Positions 48,697 to 56,844 of a DNA stretch of 64,000 nucleotides are shown piece by piece. The position numbers and the translations under genes were made by a program. The stretch is from a virus (taxonomy: Duplodnaviria > Caudoviricetes). Positions within the stretch are counted from its first letter, which is position 1; every line of letters starts with the position of its first letter. The DNA lies in the IMG/VR virus record IMGVR_UViG_3300020440_000016, positions 39-64,038 of that record, one strand, 5' to 3'. The notes below the pieces were generated by a model. That model had not been told where the DNA came from. It was given only the letters and a program-made list of their open reading frames with translations, and ran no database searches.

Positions 48697-49593
48697 TTAG
48701 GTTCCCCATGCGTTTCCGAAGATGTCGACGTGTAGTCTAGGTGTGTATCTCCAGCCTCGTTCCATTGCGAGGTTTGCCACTCGTCTTGTGTTGAGACTGT
48801 ATTCTTCCGACCGTCCTCCGAGCGGCATGACGTAGACCGGTACGTCCACACCTGCTCCATTGTATTCTTGTACTGCTCTGGAAACTTCGTCCACATCAGA
48901 TTCATTAGCCACAACAAACTTGAAATACATACTAGAGTTGGGTATATCATAATATGACCTAGCAATTTCAGGCTTGATAGCAGTATCCCAAGGCTCGCCT
49001 GATACGGAAAGTTTCGGACTGCATGACCAAGTGACTTCAAATCTATTTTGAGATCCAAGATAGTCTTTGAAATCTGGATGGAGTTTCTGTGTTGTATTTG
49101 TTTCAAACGTGACATTTTTTAAATCTCCCATTTTAGGATGTTCAAAAAGATCTATATAAAATCTTTGCCACCCAAGTAAAGGCTCACCGCCTGTTAATAT
49201 AAAATGAACATCTTGCCCGTTGCTCATAGTCCATTTGCCTTCTGGCGTTAGACTTAGAACATAATCTACAACTTCATCTATTGTATGATCCTTCATAAAC
49301 TTTTTAAATTCAGGATAGATACTTGCATACGTATCACAACCTGTGTGTATGATAGGCAATTCTTCAAACGTATTTACTTTATCTAAAACACCATCATCTA
49401 ATAGTGCTTTAACTTCAGGATTATATTTTATTCCATTTTTTAGTTTTTCATCTCGCATAGGTTCGCCTTCGGGCAAACCAAAATTCATACAACGAAAATT
49501 ACAACCAAATGTTCTTAAAAAGACTGAAGGAACACCAACAAAACGTCCTTCACCTTGCACAGAATAAAATGCTTCTGAATATCTTAATTTCAT
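48697..49593 (-). CDS. queE: 7-carboxy-7-deazaguanine synthase (radical SAM)
   Basis: FYSVQGEG..VG.PSVFLR..GCNFRC...CDT, ILTGGEPLL, ETN, SPKL, YTPRLHVDIFG. Confidence 0.9.
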   Translation of the reverse strand: MKLRYSEAFYSVQGEGRFVGVPSVFLRTFGCNFRCMNFGLPEGEPMRDEKLKNGIKYNPEVKALLDDGVLDKVNTFEELPIIHTGCDTYASIYPEFKKFMKDHTIDEVVDYVLSLTPEGKWTMSNGQDVHFILTGGEPLLGWQRFYIDLFEHPKMGDLKNVTFETNTTQKLHPDFKDYLGSQNRFEVTWSCSPKLSVSGEPWDTAIKPEIARSYYDIPNSSMYFKFVVANESDVDEVSRAVQEYNGAGVDVPVYVMPLGGRSEEYSLNTRRVANLAMERGWRYTPRLHVDIFGNAWGT

Positions 49594-49613
49594 TTATTAC
49601 TCCTATACTTTAT

Positions 49614-49642
49614 AATATAATGCATATTTAGGTTTTTGTCAA
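49614..49642 (-). promoter_or_regulatory. Sigma70-type promoter with nested CTAAATA, upstream of queE
   Basis: TTGACA-N17-TATATT; CTAAATA at 49625-49631. Confidence 0.7.
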
Positions 49643-50064
49643 GTGTTTTCCAAAATTTTATTTGTCGCATCAACTATTTCTTCTATGGTATATTTGCCAT
49701 TTATTTCTTTATCTAATGCTTTTCGATAGTTTCCTTTTTCTGGAATCACGTGTCTTACACCCCCACGCGGATCTTCCATATCGCCTTTACGCCTTGGAAT
49801 CAAATGTACGTGTGGATACATTATAGTTTGGCCTGCTTCTGCTCCAACATTTTGTCCAATGTTAAAACTATCGCAGTAACCACGTTCTACCCAATCATAA
49901 CCCCATTTATACGCCGCTTCAAAACACTTTGTTAAATGTTGCCAATCTTGTTCTTTGGGTACAAACAATAAATGTCCCTCTGTCACAGGGTACTTGTCTT
50001 TAAAAACTGTAAAACCTTTTGCGTCAACAACAACGTCCGACCAAGGTATGTCTTTAAACTCCAT
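49639..50064 (-). CDS. HIT-family nucleotide hydrolase
   Basis: DKYPVTEGHLLFVPK, FNIGQNVG.EAGQTI, YPHVHLIPRR. Confidence 0.9.
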   Translation of the reverse strand: MEFKDIPWSDVVVDAKGFTVFKDKYPVTEGHLLFVPKEQDWQHLTKCFEAAYKWGYDWVERGYCDSFNIGQNVGAEAGQTIMYPHVHLIPRRKGDMEDPRGGVRHVIPEKGNYRKALDKEINGKYTIEEIVDATNKILENT

Positions 50065-50455
50065 AATTCAATTCCTCAGTAATATATCTTTTAAGTTCTT
50101 TATCTTCAACATTTGCAGGAATTTTATTTTTGTAAAATATTTGATAACTGTCTGACCCATATTTTCCTATTCCGTATAGGTCTTTAGCATCTTCGCCGTT
50201 CCAGTTTTCTATTTGAATACTCATTTTGTATATACGTTTTGCTCTTACACTTTGCATTCCTAAAGGTTGTAATAGTTTTTCTAGCATAGGTATTGTGCAA
50301 CCACGTAACAATGAATGAGCAGTAGGGTATCTTTTAAACAGTTCTGTGAGCACAGGTTTAGTTTGTTTGCGATCTACTTGGTTTAGACATATGACTCCAA
50401 CCATATGTTGCCATACATTATCGACCTGTTGTTGAACCATTAAGTCTTCTTGCAT
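50054..50455 (-). CDS. MBD4-like HhH-GPD DNA glycosylase
   Basis: KRYPTA, LLQPLG...RAK, LYGIGKYGSDSYQIF and ED..LKRY closely follow the MBD4 catalytic domain (LHGIGKYGNDSYRIF...EDHKLNKY). Confidence 0.85.
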   Translation of the reverse strand: MQEDLMVQQQVDNVWQHMVGVICLNQVDRKQTKPVLTELFKRYPTAHSLLRGCTIPMLEKLLQPLGMQSVRAKRIYKMSIQIENWNGEDAKDLYGIGKYGSDSYQIFYKNKIPANVEDKELKRYITEELNYGV

Positions 50456-50748
50456 TATTTTGTCTCTTCAATTTTAGTTTCGTACTTTGTTTTGAAGTAA
50501 TCGTGTGTTACATAAGAAGCAGTAACAAAGCCTGCCACAAATATTAAAATATAAATCAAAGTTGTTTTTATATTTTTAATCAATCCACCTTTACCTTTAT
50601 TTCTTTTGTATGCTTTCCACATCCACCAAAAACCGGCAATGGTTAATATAATGCTAATAGCAATTACCCAAGGATTGTTTGCTATACTGGCCCCTGCGGC
50701 ACCAAATATCAAAAACAACAATCCGTTAATATAACAAGCCGGACACAT
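50455..50748 (-). CDS. Small membrane protein with N-terminal CPAC
   Basis: MCPAC followed by about three hydrophobic segments. Confidence 0.6.
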   Translation of the reverse strand: MCPACYINGLLFLIFGAAGASIANNPWVIAISIILTIAGFWWMWKAYKRNKGKGGLIKNIKTTLIYILIFVAGFVTASYVTHDYFKTKYETKIEETK

Positions 50749-51305
50749 TAGTATAAGTCCTCTATTTTATCACAAATTTTAAGTTTCATTGCCTCTTCGG
50801 CACTTAACCAAACATCTTGTGGCGGTAAAAGTATTTCTTTAATCTTTGCTTCTGACATACCAATACATTTTTTATAATGCTTAATCATTCTGTCAGTGCT
50901 TAATTCAAACTCTTTTACTCTTGCATATAATTCATGTTCCTTACCTCTGCTACCCCAACTGTATTGATGTGATAGAATACTTGTATTAGGCGTTAAAATT
51001 CTTTGCCCTTTTTTGCCTGCAATAAAAATTAAAAATCCGCAACTTGCAATTAAACCTAGTCCTACTGTCTTGATAGGTATACTGCTAGACTTCATTACAT
51101 CTATTAATGCAAAAGCGGCGTGTACATCTCCTCCAGGGGAGTTGATTATAATTGTTAATTGTTTTAATGGATTATCACTTAGATTATGATGCATTATCCA
51201 TTTGATTGCATCTTTGCAAGACGCATAAGTTATTTGATCCATTAACAAGTAAACGCCATTGTTTTCTAAATTACTTGCCTGTGGTACTTCACCTTTTTTA
51301 GCCAT
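50748..51305 (-). CDS. clpP: ClpP protease proteolytic subunit
   Basis: INSPGG, catalytic S in IASCG, SHQ, QDVWLSAEEA. Confidence 0.9.
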   Translation of the reverse strand: MAKKGEVPQASNLENNGVYLLMDQITYASCKDAIKWIMHHNLSDNPLKQLTIIINSPGGDVHAAFALIDVMKSSSIPIKTVGLGLIASCGFLIFIAGKKGQRILTPNTSILSHQYSWGSRGKEHELYARVKEFELSTDRMIKHYKKCIGMSEAKIKEILLPPQDVWLSAEEAMKLKICDKIEDLY

Positions 51306-51780
51306 TGTATATTCCTACTATTTCCCAAGGATATACTAACCATACATCCTTTTCTGCTTTGTTTACCTCATCGCAGTGATAATTGACATTACCAAATTCG
51401 CTTGATAAATTTTCTGTCAAAACTGCAAATCTAACTTCGTGCATTTCAGGATTTAATTTCCAATCCTTGGTTATCCAATTAAAAGTTGCACCAGTGTCGT
51501 TAATGTCATCTACAACAAGTATCTTTTTTCCTGCCTGAGCATCTTTAGCCATCCATTCAATACTGTCTCCAGTTTTACCTGTTTCTCCATCACGTAAACT
51601 TACTTTCAATGCTTCACAACGTATTCCAGTCATATTGGAAAGTATAGTAGCAGGCACGTTTCCGCCTCTTGTTATACCAACTATATAGTCTGGTTTCCAA
51701 TTATCATTGTACATCTGTCCTAGGAGTTGTTGGCACATTATCTCAACATCAACCCAAGTATAAAATTTCTTATTGTTCAT
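51298..51780 (-). CDS. Purine phosphoribosyltransferase (Gpt/Hpt-like)
   Basis: IVGITRGG, PRPP loop ILVVDDINDTGAT, C-terminal WLVYPWE. Confidence 0.85.
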   Translation of the reverse strand: MNNKKFYTWVDVEIMCQQLLGQMYNDNWKPDYIVGITRGGNVPATILSNMTGIRCEALKVSLRDGETGKTGDSIEWMAKDAQAGKKILVVDDINDTGATFNWITKDWKLNPEMHEVRFAVLTENLSSEFGNVNYHCDEVNKAEKDVWLVYPWEIVGIYNG

Positions 51781-51785
51781 ACTTT

Positions 51786-51815
51786 ATTATAACACACTTT
51801 CTAGTTAAAAGTCAA
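51786..51815 (-). promoter_or_regulatory. Sigma70-type promoter
   Basis: TTGACT-N18-TATAAT. Confidence 0.6.
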
Positions 51816-52131
51816 GTGAAGGTATGCCGTATTGCACATCTTTCACTCTTTCCCAAGCAAATGATCTCCAACCTTTTGCATTTATGTCATAGACAGCACA
51901 AATTGTATCTTCTTTTCCTTCTGCCTTTTCCATTTCAACGTTATCAGATTGTAAGTTGGCTTGTACTTCTTTTACTTTTGGATGAAATTCTACAGGTATA
52001 ATTTCGGGATTTAAAGTACAAGACATTACTCTTGTGTCACCGTTCTTCTTAGTAAAGTGAACAGTCATTATACCATTGTGTAGTCCTTCACGTACAATCT
52101 TTTTTCCAGATTCGCTATTATACTTCTGCAT
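51805..52131 (-). CDS. SH3/Sm-like WYL_2 (DUF2693-like) phage protein
   Basis: FTKKNGDTRVM.CTL ... VYDI.AKGWRSF. Confidence 0.7.
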   Translation of the reverse strand: MQKYNSESGKKIVREGLHNGIMTVHFTKKNGDTRVMSCTLNPEIIPVEFHPKVKEVQANLQSDNVEMEKAEGKEDTICAVYDINAKGWRSFAWERVKDVQYGIPSLDF

Positions 52132-52549
52132 ATTTCTCTCTCAAATAAGTTTCGTTATGTACCCATTCACCATTTCTAATGAATCCCCATTCTTGTTTTT
52201 TAGTACCCATATAAAATAAACTCCAGCATGGAAGTTCATTGCCGTTTTCATCCTTGGCAAGTTCTAGCCTATGCAGGTCGTTACTCTTGCGGTATCTAAA
52301 ATGACCTGGTCCTCTCCAGAACTTGCCTTCAGGGGTATGTTCATAATACCCTCCCTTAAGAATTAGAGTAGCATAATTCCAAGGATGATCATGTAAGTCG
52401 TCAAGGTCGCTTACAAGAATCTTGTGAAGTGTTATATTAAAAGGAAAGTTCTTGCGATCTTTAAGAAACAAATAGTATCTTACTAGGTATGGTACCTGAT
52501 TGTTTCTATCGTATATTATTCTTTTTCTATCTTTAAAAAATGACATCAT
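52118..52549 (-). CDS. Cupin-fold protein
   Basis: LHDHPW...ILKGGYYE...HRLEL metal-binding cupin pattern. Confidence 0.65.
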   Translation of the reverse strand: MMSFFKDRKRIIYDRNNQVPYLVRYYLFLKDRKNFPFNITLHKILVSDLDDLHDHPWNYATLILKGGYYEHTPEGKFWRGPGHFRYRKSNDLHRLELAKDENGNELPCWSLFYMGTKKQEWGFIRNGEWVHNETYLREKYAEV

Positions 52550-52845
52550 TTTTGAACCTCATTATCTCTGTCTGCTTCAACTATAGAATACACGTAATTA
52601 AATTGTTCCCATAGTTTTTTTAAAGTAGGATTTGAATCAATTAATTGTTGATCAAATTGTGCCTCTGTATCTGTAAATGAATATGTAAAACCTGGATCTG
52701 TCATTGAAGACGGATCGTAACTTATTGTTGCTTGGTCATCAAATGATTTAATATCTATTGAATAACCGCTGTCTGTTGTATAAGTTGGGATGACTCCGCC
52801 AACTGTTGCTCCTGGACTGATAGTGTAAGTATCATCATTGTCCAC
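52546..52845 (-). CDS. Hypothetical acidic protein
   Basis: 99-aa ORF coupled to both neighbours. Confidence 0.55.
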   Translation of the reverse strand: MDNDDTYTISPGATVGGVIPTYTTDSGYSIDIKSFDDQATISYDPSSMTDPGFTYSFTDTEAQFDQQLIDSNPTLKKLWEQFNYVYSIVEADRDNEVQK

Positions 52846-53096
52846 TACACAATCTCCTCTACAACTCCTAGCACTTCAGCAATGAATAATCCAAGTCCTG
52901 CTAACATAATAAAGAAACCAACATCTGTAATAAAGAAATCTGTGTACATAATTTCTCCTGTCCATAGATTATATCCTGCATAAGCAAGAACACCAGATGC
53001 TAAAAGTCTAAAAAGACTTTTAATTAAACTTACGATAAAATGACCCATACCTGGATCTTTAGATGCAGGAATAATAACTTTTTCTGGAATAGGCAT
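52845..53096 (-). CDS. Small two-TM membrane protein
   Basis: HFIVSLIKSLFR...AEVLGVVEE. Confidence 0.6.
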   Translation of the reverse strand: MPIPEKVIIPASKDPGMGHFIVSLIKSLFRLLASGVLAYAGYNLWTGEIMYTDFFITDVGFFIMLAGLGLFIAEVLGVVEEIV

Positions 53097-53281
53097 TATT
53101 TTACCTCCACTAAAGGCTCATTGATATAACTGTCGTTATAATCACCATTGCTTTTAAAATTTCTAATGCTTGTATCTTTAACAAGCCTGCCGTCTTTGAT
53201 TGTATATGTTATATACTCGGCTTTGATAACACCTTCTTTAGATCTTTCAATGTGTTCTTTCATAGGTCCTTCCTTAATCAT
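53096..53281 (-). CDS. Hypothetical protein
   Basis: 61-aa ORF coupled to folE. Confidence 0.5.
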   Translation of the reverse strand: MIKEGPMKEHIERSKEGVIKAEYITYTIKDGRLVKDTSIRNFKSNGDYNDSYINEPLVEVK

Positions 53282-53958
53282 TTTGCGTGTTCCTGTTGTA
53301 GTTTAACGTTATCGATGAACTCTTTTTTAGTTGCTGGATCATTTTTAAATGCTCCACGTAATACAGTTGTTTGTGTAAGCGAACTATGTGCCCTGATGCC
53401 TCTGTTTTCACAACAACCATGTGTTGCTTGTACATAAACACCTACGTGTTCACTACCAGTCTCTCTTTGTATTGCATCTGCAATCATAACATTAAGTTCT
53501 TCTTGTAGTGTTCCTCGCATAGCACACCATTGTGCAATACGAGTATACTTGCTAAGGCCTAATAATTTAGGACCAGCAATAATTCCAATGTATGCTACAC
53601 CTTTTACAGTCTGGTGATGATGTGAACACAAACTTGTAAGTTCACTTCGCACAACCAACATACCTTCATAACCGCCTTCTATGTAGTTAGGAAATGCACT
53701 AGGATTAGGCATTGGATCATATCTACCAGACATAATCTCATTTATATACATTTTTGCCATACGTCTTGCAGTATCCTGACTGTTTGGATCAGTCTTTGTA
53801 TCAATCAATAATTTCTGCAAAACATTTTCAAAAGCAGGAATGGCTTCTTCAATAATTTTTTGTTTATCGCCTTCTTCAAGTACTGCACTAATATTATCAT
53901 TTGCCCAGTATCTTATACCAGCATCTTCTAAACGTTTTTTAATAATGTCACTTATCAC
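53278..53958 (-). CDS. folE: GTP cyclohydrolase I
   Basis: DTARRMAKMY, SLCSHH, GLSK..RI, LQEEL, HGCCENRG, TT.LRGAF. Confidence 0.95.
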   Translation of the reverse strand: MISDIIKKRLEDAGIRYWANDNISAVLEEGDKQKIIEEAIPAFENVLQKLLIDTKTDPNSQDTARRMAKMYINEIMSGRYDPMPNPSAFPNYIEGGYEGMLVVRSELTSLCSHHHQTVKGVAYIGIIAGPKLLGLSKYTRIAQWCAMRGTLQEELNVMIADAIQRETGSEHVGVYVQATHGCCENRGIRAHSSLTQTTVLRGAFKNDPATKKEFIDNVKLQQEHAK

Positions 53959-55075
53959 TATATTTCTCCTCTTTTGAAATTCCTTTATATGATTTTATAA
54001 TCTTTTTCAAATTATTGCAACTAAAATATTCCTCTTTTAAGAAGTTTGTCAACTTCGAAATATTTGGATAGTGTTTTTTATGGTCACTCATAACCCAATG
54101 TATTTTTTCTATAATCTTTTCTTTGTGCTTAAGATAAGAATCCCAACTTTCTGTCCACTCTGCAGGATACTTAAAGTAATCATCATACATTTCTGTATAA
54201 CTTAATCTATCTGGCACTAAAGGAAAACAGTTTACAATGGCACCTTCAAATGCACTAATACCTAATGTCTCTTGTAAGTTTGCACTGAATATCATTTTTG
54301 CTTCTCCAAGTAAGTTATGATATTCTACTTTGCTTAATCTACTATCCTGACAAACTACAAATTCATAATCACTTTGTAGTTCTTCTTTCAAGTCTCTAAA
54401 TATTTCTGGTTGTTTTTCTGGAGCAACTCTGTGTGGGAAAAGTATTAAGTTTCTTTTCTTCATGTTTAAGAAAGGTTGAAGAGCATCCAATTCATACTCC
54501 ATAGGCCAACCAGTTCTTACAATCTTGTTATCATCTATATGTTTTTGTTTTTCTTCATCACTGCATTTAAGTAATTCTTTGCAAAATAGATTAATATGAA
54601 AGTCACTTGCAAAGTAGTTGTGATCAAAACATTCAAACATACTTTTCTCTGCATGACGTACCCAAGGTTTATCACCTACAAGTCTGCCTAAAAAGTCTGC
54701 AGGATCATAACTTCCGGCGTGCCATAAACCATGCATTACTACAGGTATCTGCAAAAGTTCGGACATATATTTTATATTGATTACACCAGGATGCCAAGCA
54801 TCTGTAAAAATAATATGATCACCACTTTTAATTTTGCCATTAGTAAAAGCACGGGATATCTTTTCTACTTGTGTAGATTTATAAATGTTAGTACCACCGA
54901 AGTTTAAGAACGCACCAGGAGTTGTTGCATCAGGTATATCTTCACTGCCGTCAACAACTTCTAAATCTGTTTCATTCCACACGTCTGCTTTACGTAAAAT
55001 TTTAGGAACGTGTATTTTCCATTCAGATGTGTATCTTGTTTCAACACTTTCTAAATCAACAAGCCAAATTTTCAT
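53948..55075 (-). CDS. GT-B fold (GT4-like) glycosyltransferase
   Basis: WHAGSYD, FASDFH, LFPHR.APEKQPE, QETLGIS..EG (E-x7-E-type motif), VPDRLSY.EM. Confidence 0.8.
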   Translation of the reverse strand: MKIWLVDLESVETRYTSEWKIHVPKILRKADVWNETDLEVVDGSEDIPDATTPGAFLNFGGTNIYKSTQVEKISRAFTNGKIKSGDHIIFTDAWHPGVINIKYMSELLQIPVVMHGLWHAGSYDPADFLGRLVGDKPWVRHAEKSMFECFDHNYFASDFHINLFCKELLKCSDEEKQKHIDDNKIVRTGWPMEYELDALQPFLNMKKRNLILFPHRVAPEKQPEIFRDLKEELQSDYEFVVCQDSRLSKVEYHNLLGEAKMIFSANLQETLGISAFEGAIVNCFPLVPDRLSYTEMYDDYFKYPAEWTESWDSYLKHKEKIIEKIHWVMSDHKKHYPNISKLTNFLKEEYFSCNNLKKIIKSYKGISKEEKYSDK

Positions 55076-55314
55076 TAATTCCTCTTCCTATTTTTAAATT
55101 TTTTTATTTTGCGTCTGACAATGTTCTTTTGTCGATTATACATTTGCCAAGTATGCGAAGTATTATCATACAAATCTTTTTCATCAAAAACATAACTCTT
55201 CGAATCGCCATCAAGCCAAGCATTCCTACAAAAACTTTTATACAATTCCAAATCGCTAAAGATCTTTTCTACTTCAGGATTATCTTTCAAGTACGACACT
55301 GTTCTAATCTCCAT
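55075..55314 (-). CDS. Hypothetical protein with basic C-terminus
   Basis: Internal ATG at 55314 just after the queD-like stop; TAATG-coupled to the glycosyltransferase. Confidence 0.55.
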   Translation of the reverse strand: MEIRTVSYLKDNPEVEKIFSDLELYKSFCRNAWLDGDSKSYVFDEKDLYDNTSHTWQMYNRQKNIVRRKIKKFKNRKRN

Positions 55315-55318
55315 TCGT

Positions 55319-55762
55319 TTAGTACTTTGGATACTCGATGTGAGCACCATTCTCTCCGTCTTCAGACACATCAATATGAACTTCACGTCCAGGATACTTG
55401 TCATTGATTTGTGTGTATAAATCATCACTCATCATTTCACAAGATTTGTAGTCAAGTTCAAGTGTCTTTTCATCATACAGTTTTTCTAACCATCTCTTAA
55501 ACTGTATAAATTCAATATCTCTATCATTGTGATGTACTGCAATACCCACTTTAAAATGGAATATATGTCTATGTGGATATCCTAAAAATGATACATCGTA
55601 TTCGTCACCAGTAGCAAGTTTAGGATCATCTAATGCCGCCGGATATTTGTGAATACCTTCCTTACGAAAAGTTACCCAAATCATTCTTTTTGCCGTATTC
55701 ATAATATGTATTTTTGTGTCTTGTTCCATTGCTTCTTTCATCATTGTATCAACTATACTCAT
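55319..55762 (-). CDS. queD: QueD/PTPS-like T-fold protein (divergent)
   Basis: EGIH, PHRHIFHFKV, IEFIQFKR, SCEMM, VSEDGENG map onto the QueD Zn and catalytic pattern; the true start may be 55744. Confidence 0.7.
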   Translation of the reverse strand: MSIVDTMMKEAMEQDTKIHIMNTAKRMIWVTFRKEGIHKYPAALDDPKLATGDEYDVSFLGYPHRHIFHFKVGIAVHHNDRDIEFIQFKRWLEKLYDEKTLELDYKSCEMMSDDLYTQINDKYPGREVHIDVSEDGENGAHIEYPKY

Positions 55763-55791
55763 AATATACTACCTTTCTTCTGTTTTGTCAA
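55763..55791 (-). promoter_or_regulatory. Sigma70-type promoter for the queD-GT-folE unit
   Basis: TTGACA-N17-TATATT. Confidence 0.65.
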
Positions 55792-56287
55792 GTGGATTAT
55801 CGTTCTCATATTTTGTCCAATCAGTAAACTTATCTCTTTTCAATAAGTCATGTACCTGATGAATCCAAACTCCAGCATTAGAATGATTAAAATCTGAATC
55901 ATCAATTTTTATACAAGCATTGTAATTTAATTGGTTTACGTATGGCAACTTTACACTAATTTGAGAAATAAAATTATGTCTTTCATTAAATCCATTCTCT
56001 AATACCCAATCATGATATTTTACATCATAGTCTAAAGTTACTATATACTTCTTGTCTAATAGTGCATAAACAAGACTTTCCCAATCTTCTTTAGGAACAA
56101 AACTTTGATTAGCACCCAAGTAGATATGTTCTACGTGATTTTTTTCTGCCTGTTCTAATACTTCTTCTATAGGACGACACCCAACTACAAATAGTGTGTC
56201 CATATCAAAAGCAGGAGTCTTTTCAACTTCATAGCCAGTAAAGTAATTCACATCAGAATGTGTTCCGCTTGAGTACTCTCTTTTCAT
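55769..56287 (-). CDS. Hypothetical protein within the deazaguanine region
   Basis: 172 aa; EHIYLGANQSF, KIDD.DF..SN.GVW.H, FTDW. Confidence 0.7.
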   Translation of the reverse strand: MKREYSSGTHSDVNYFTGYEVEKTPAFDMDTLFVVGCRPIEEVLEQAEKNHVEHIYLGANQSFVPKEDWESLVYALLDKKYIVTLDYDVKYHDWVLENGFNERHNFISQISVKLPYVNQLNYNACIKIDDSDFNHSNAGVWIHQVHDLLKRDKFTDWTKYENDNPLDKTEER

Positions 56288-56844
56288 TATGCTACCTTTA
56301 TATTTGCAGTCTGTAGGTAAGTCATCATATTTTCAGGCGTTGTTTCAACATATGGATCATCATCTGCACCATCGTTGTTTATGCCTGGTTCTTGCCACCA
56401 TTTTTCAACTACACCATCGTCAATAACACACATATATCTCCAACTTCTGTTTCCGAAGCCTCTGTGGTTTTTACCAATTAGCATACCCATATATCTTGTA
56501 AAGTTACCAGATCCATCTGGAATAACTTTTACATTTCTAATGTCAAGCACTTCTGCCCAAGCATTCATTACGAATGTATCATTAACTGAACAACAATAAA
56601 TTTCATCGATGCCCATTTCTTTGATCTTTTCATAATTTTCTTCAAAACTAGGAAGTTGAGTTGAAGTACAAGTTGGAGTAAATGCGCCAGGTAGACTAAA
56701 CAACACTACACGTTTACCTTTGAAGTAATCATTTGTAGTTTTTTCAGTCCATACACCTTCGTCAAAACTGCAACCTTTTTCTAATACAACGTCGCCTTCT
56801 CTAACTTTAAAAGTAGTAAGTGGAATATTAAAACCTTCCGTCAT
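56287..56844 (-). CDS. Peroxiredoxin (Prx5-like)
   Basis: FSLPGAFTPTC (PxxxTxxC), SVNDTFVMNAW, RSWRY. Confidence 0.92.
   Translation of the reverse strand: MTEGFNIPLTTFKVREGDVVLEKGCSFDEGVWTEKTTNDYFKGKRVVLFSLPGAFTPTCTSTQLPSFEENYEKIKEMGIDEIYCCSVNDTFVMNAWAEVLDIRNVKVIPDGSGNFTRYMGMLIGKNHRGFGNRSWRYMCVIDDGVVEKWWQEPGINNDGADDDPYVETTPENMMTYLQTANIKVA

Noticed and set aside
53278-53958. folE as a folate auxiliary metabolic gene
   Set aside because: Its linkage with queD, queE and dpdA favours deazaguanine synthesis; no folate genes (folB, folK, folP) were seen.
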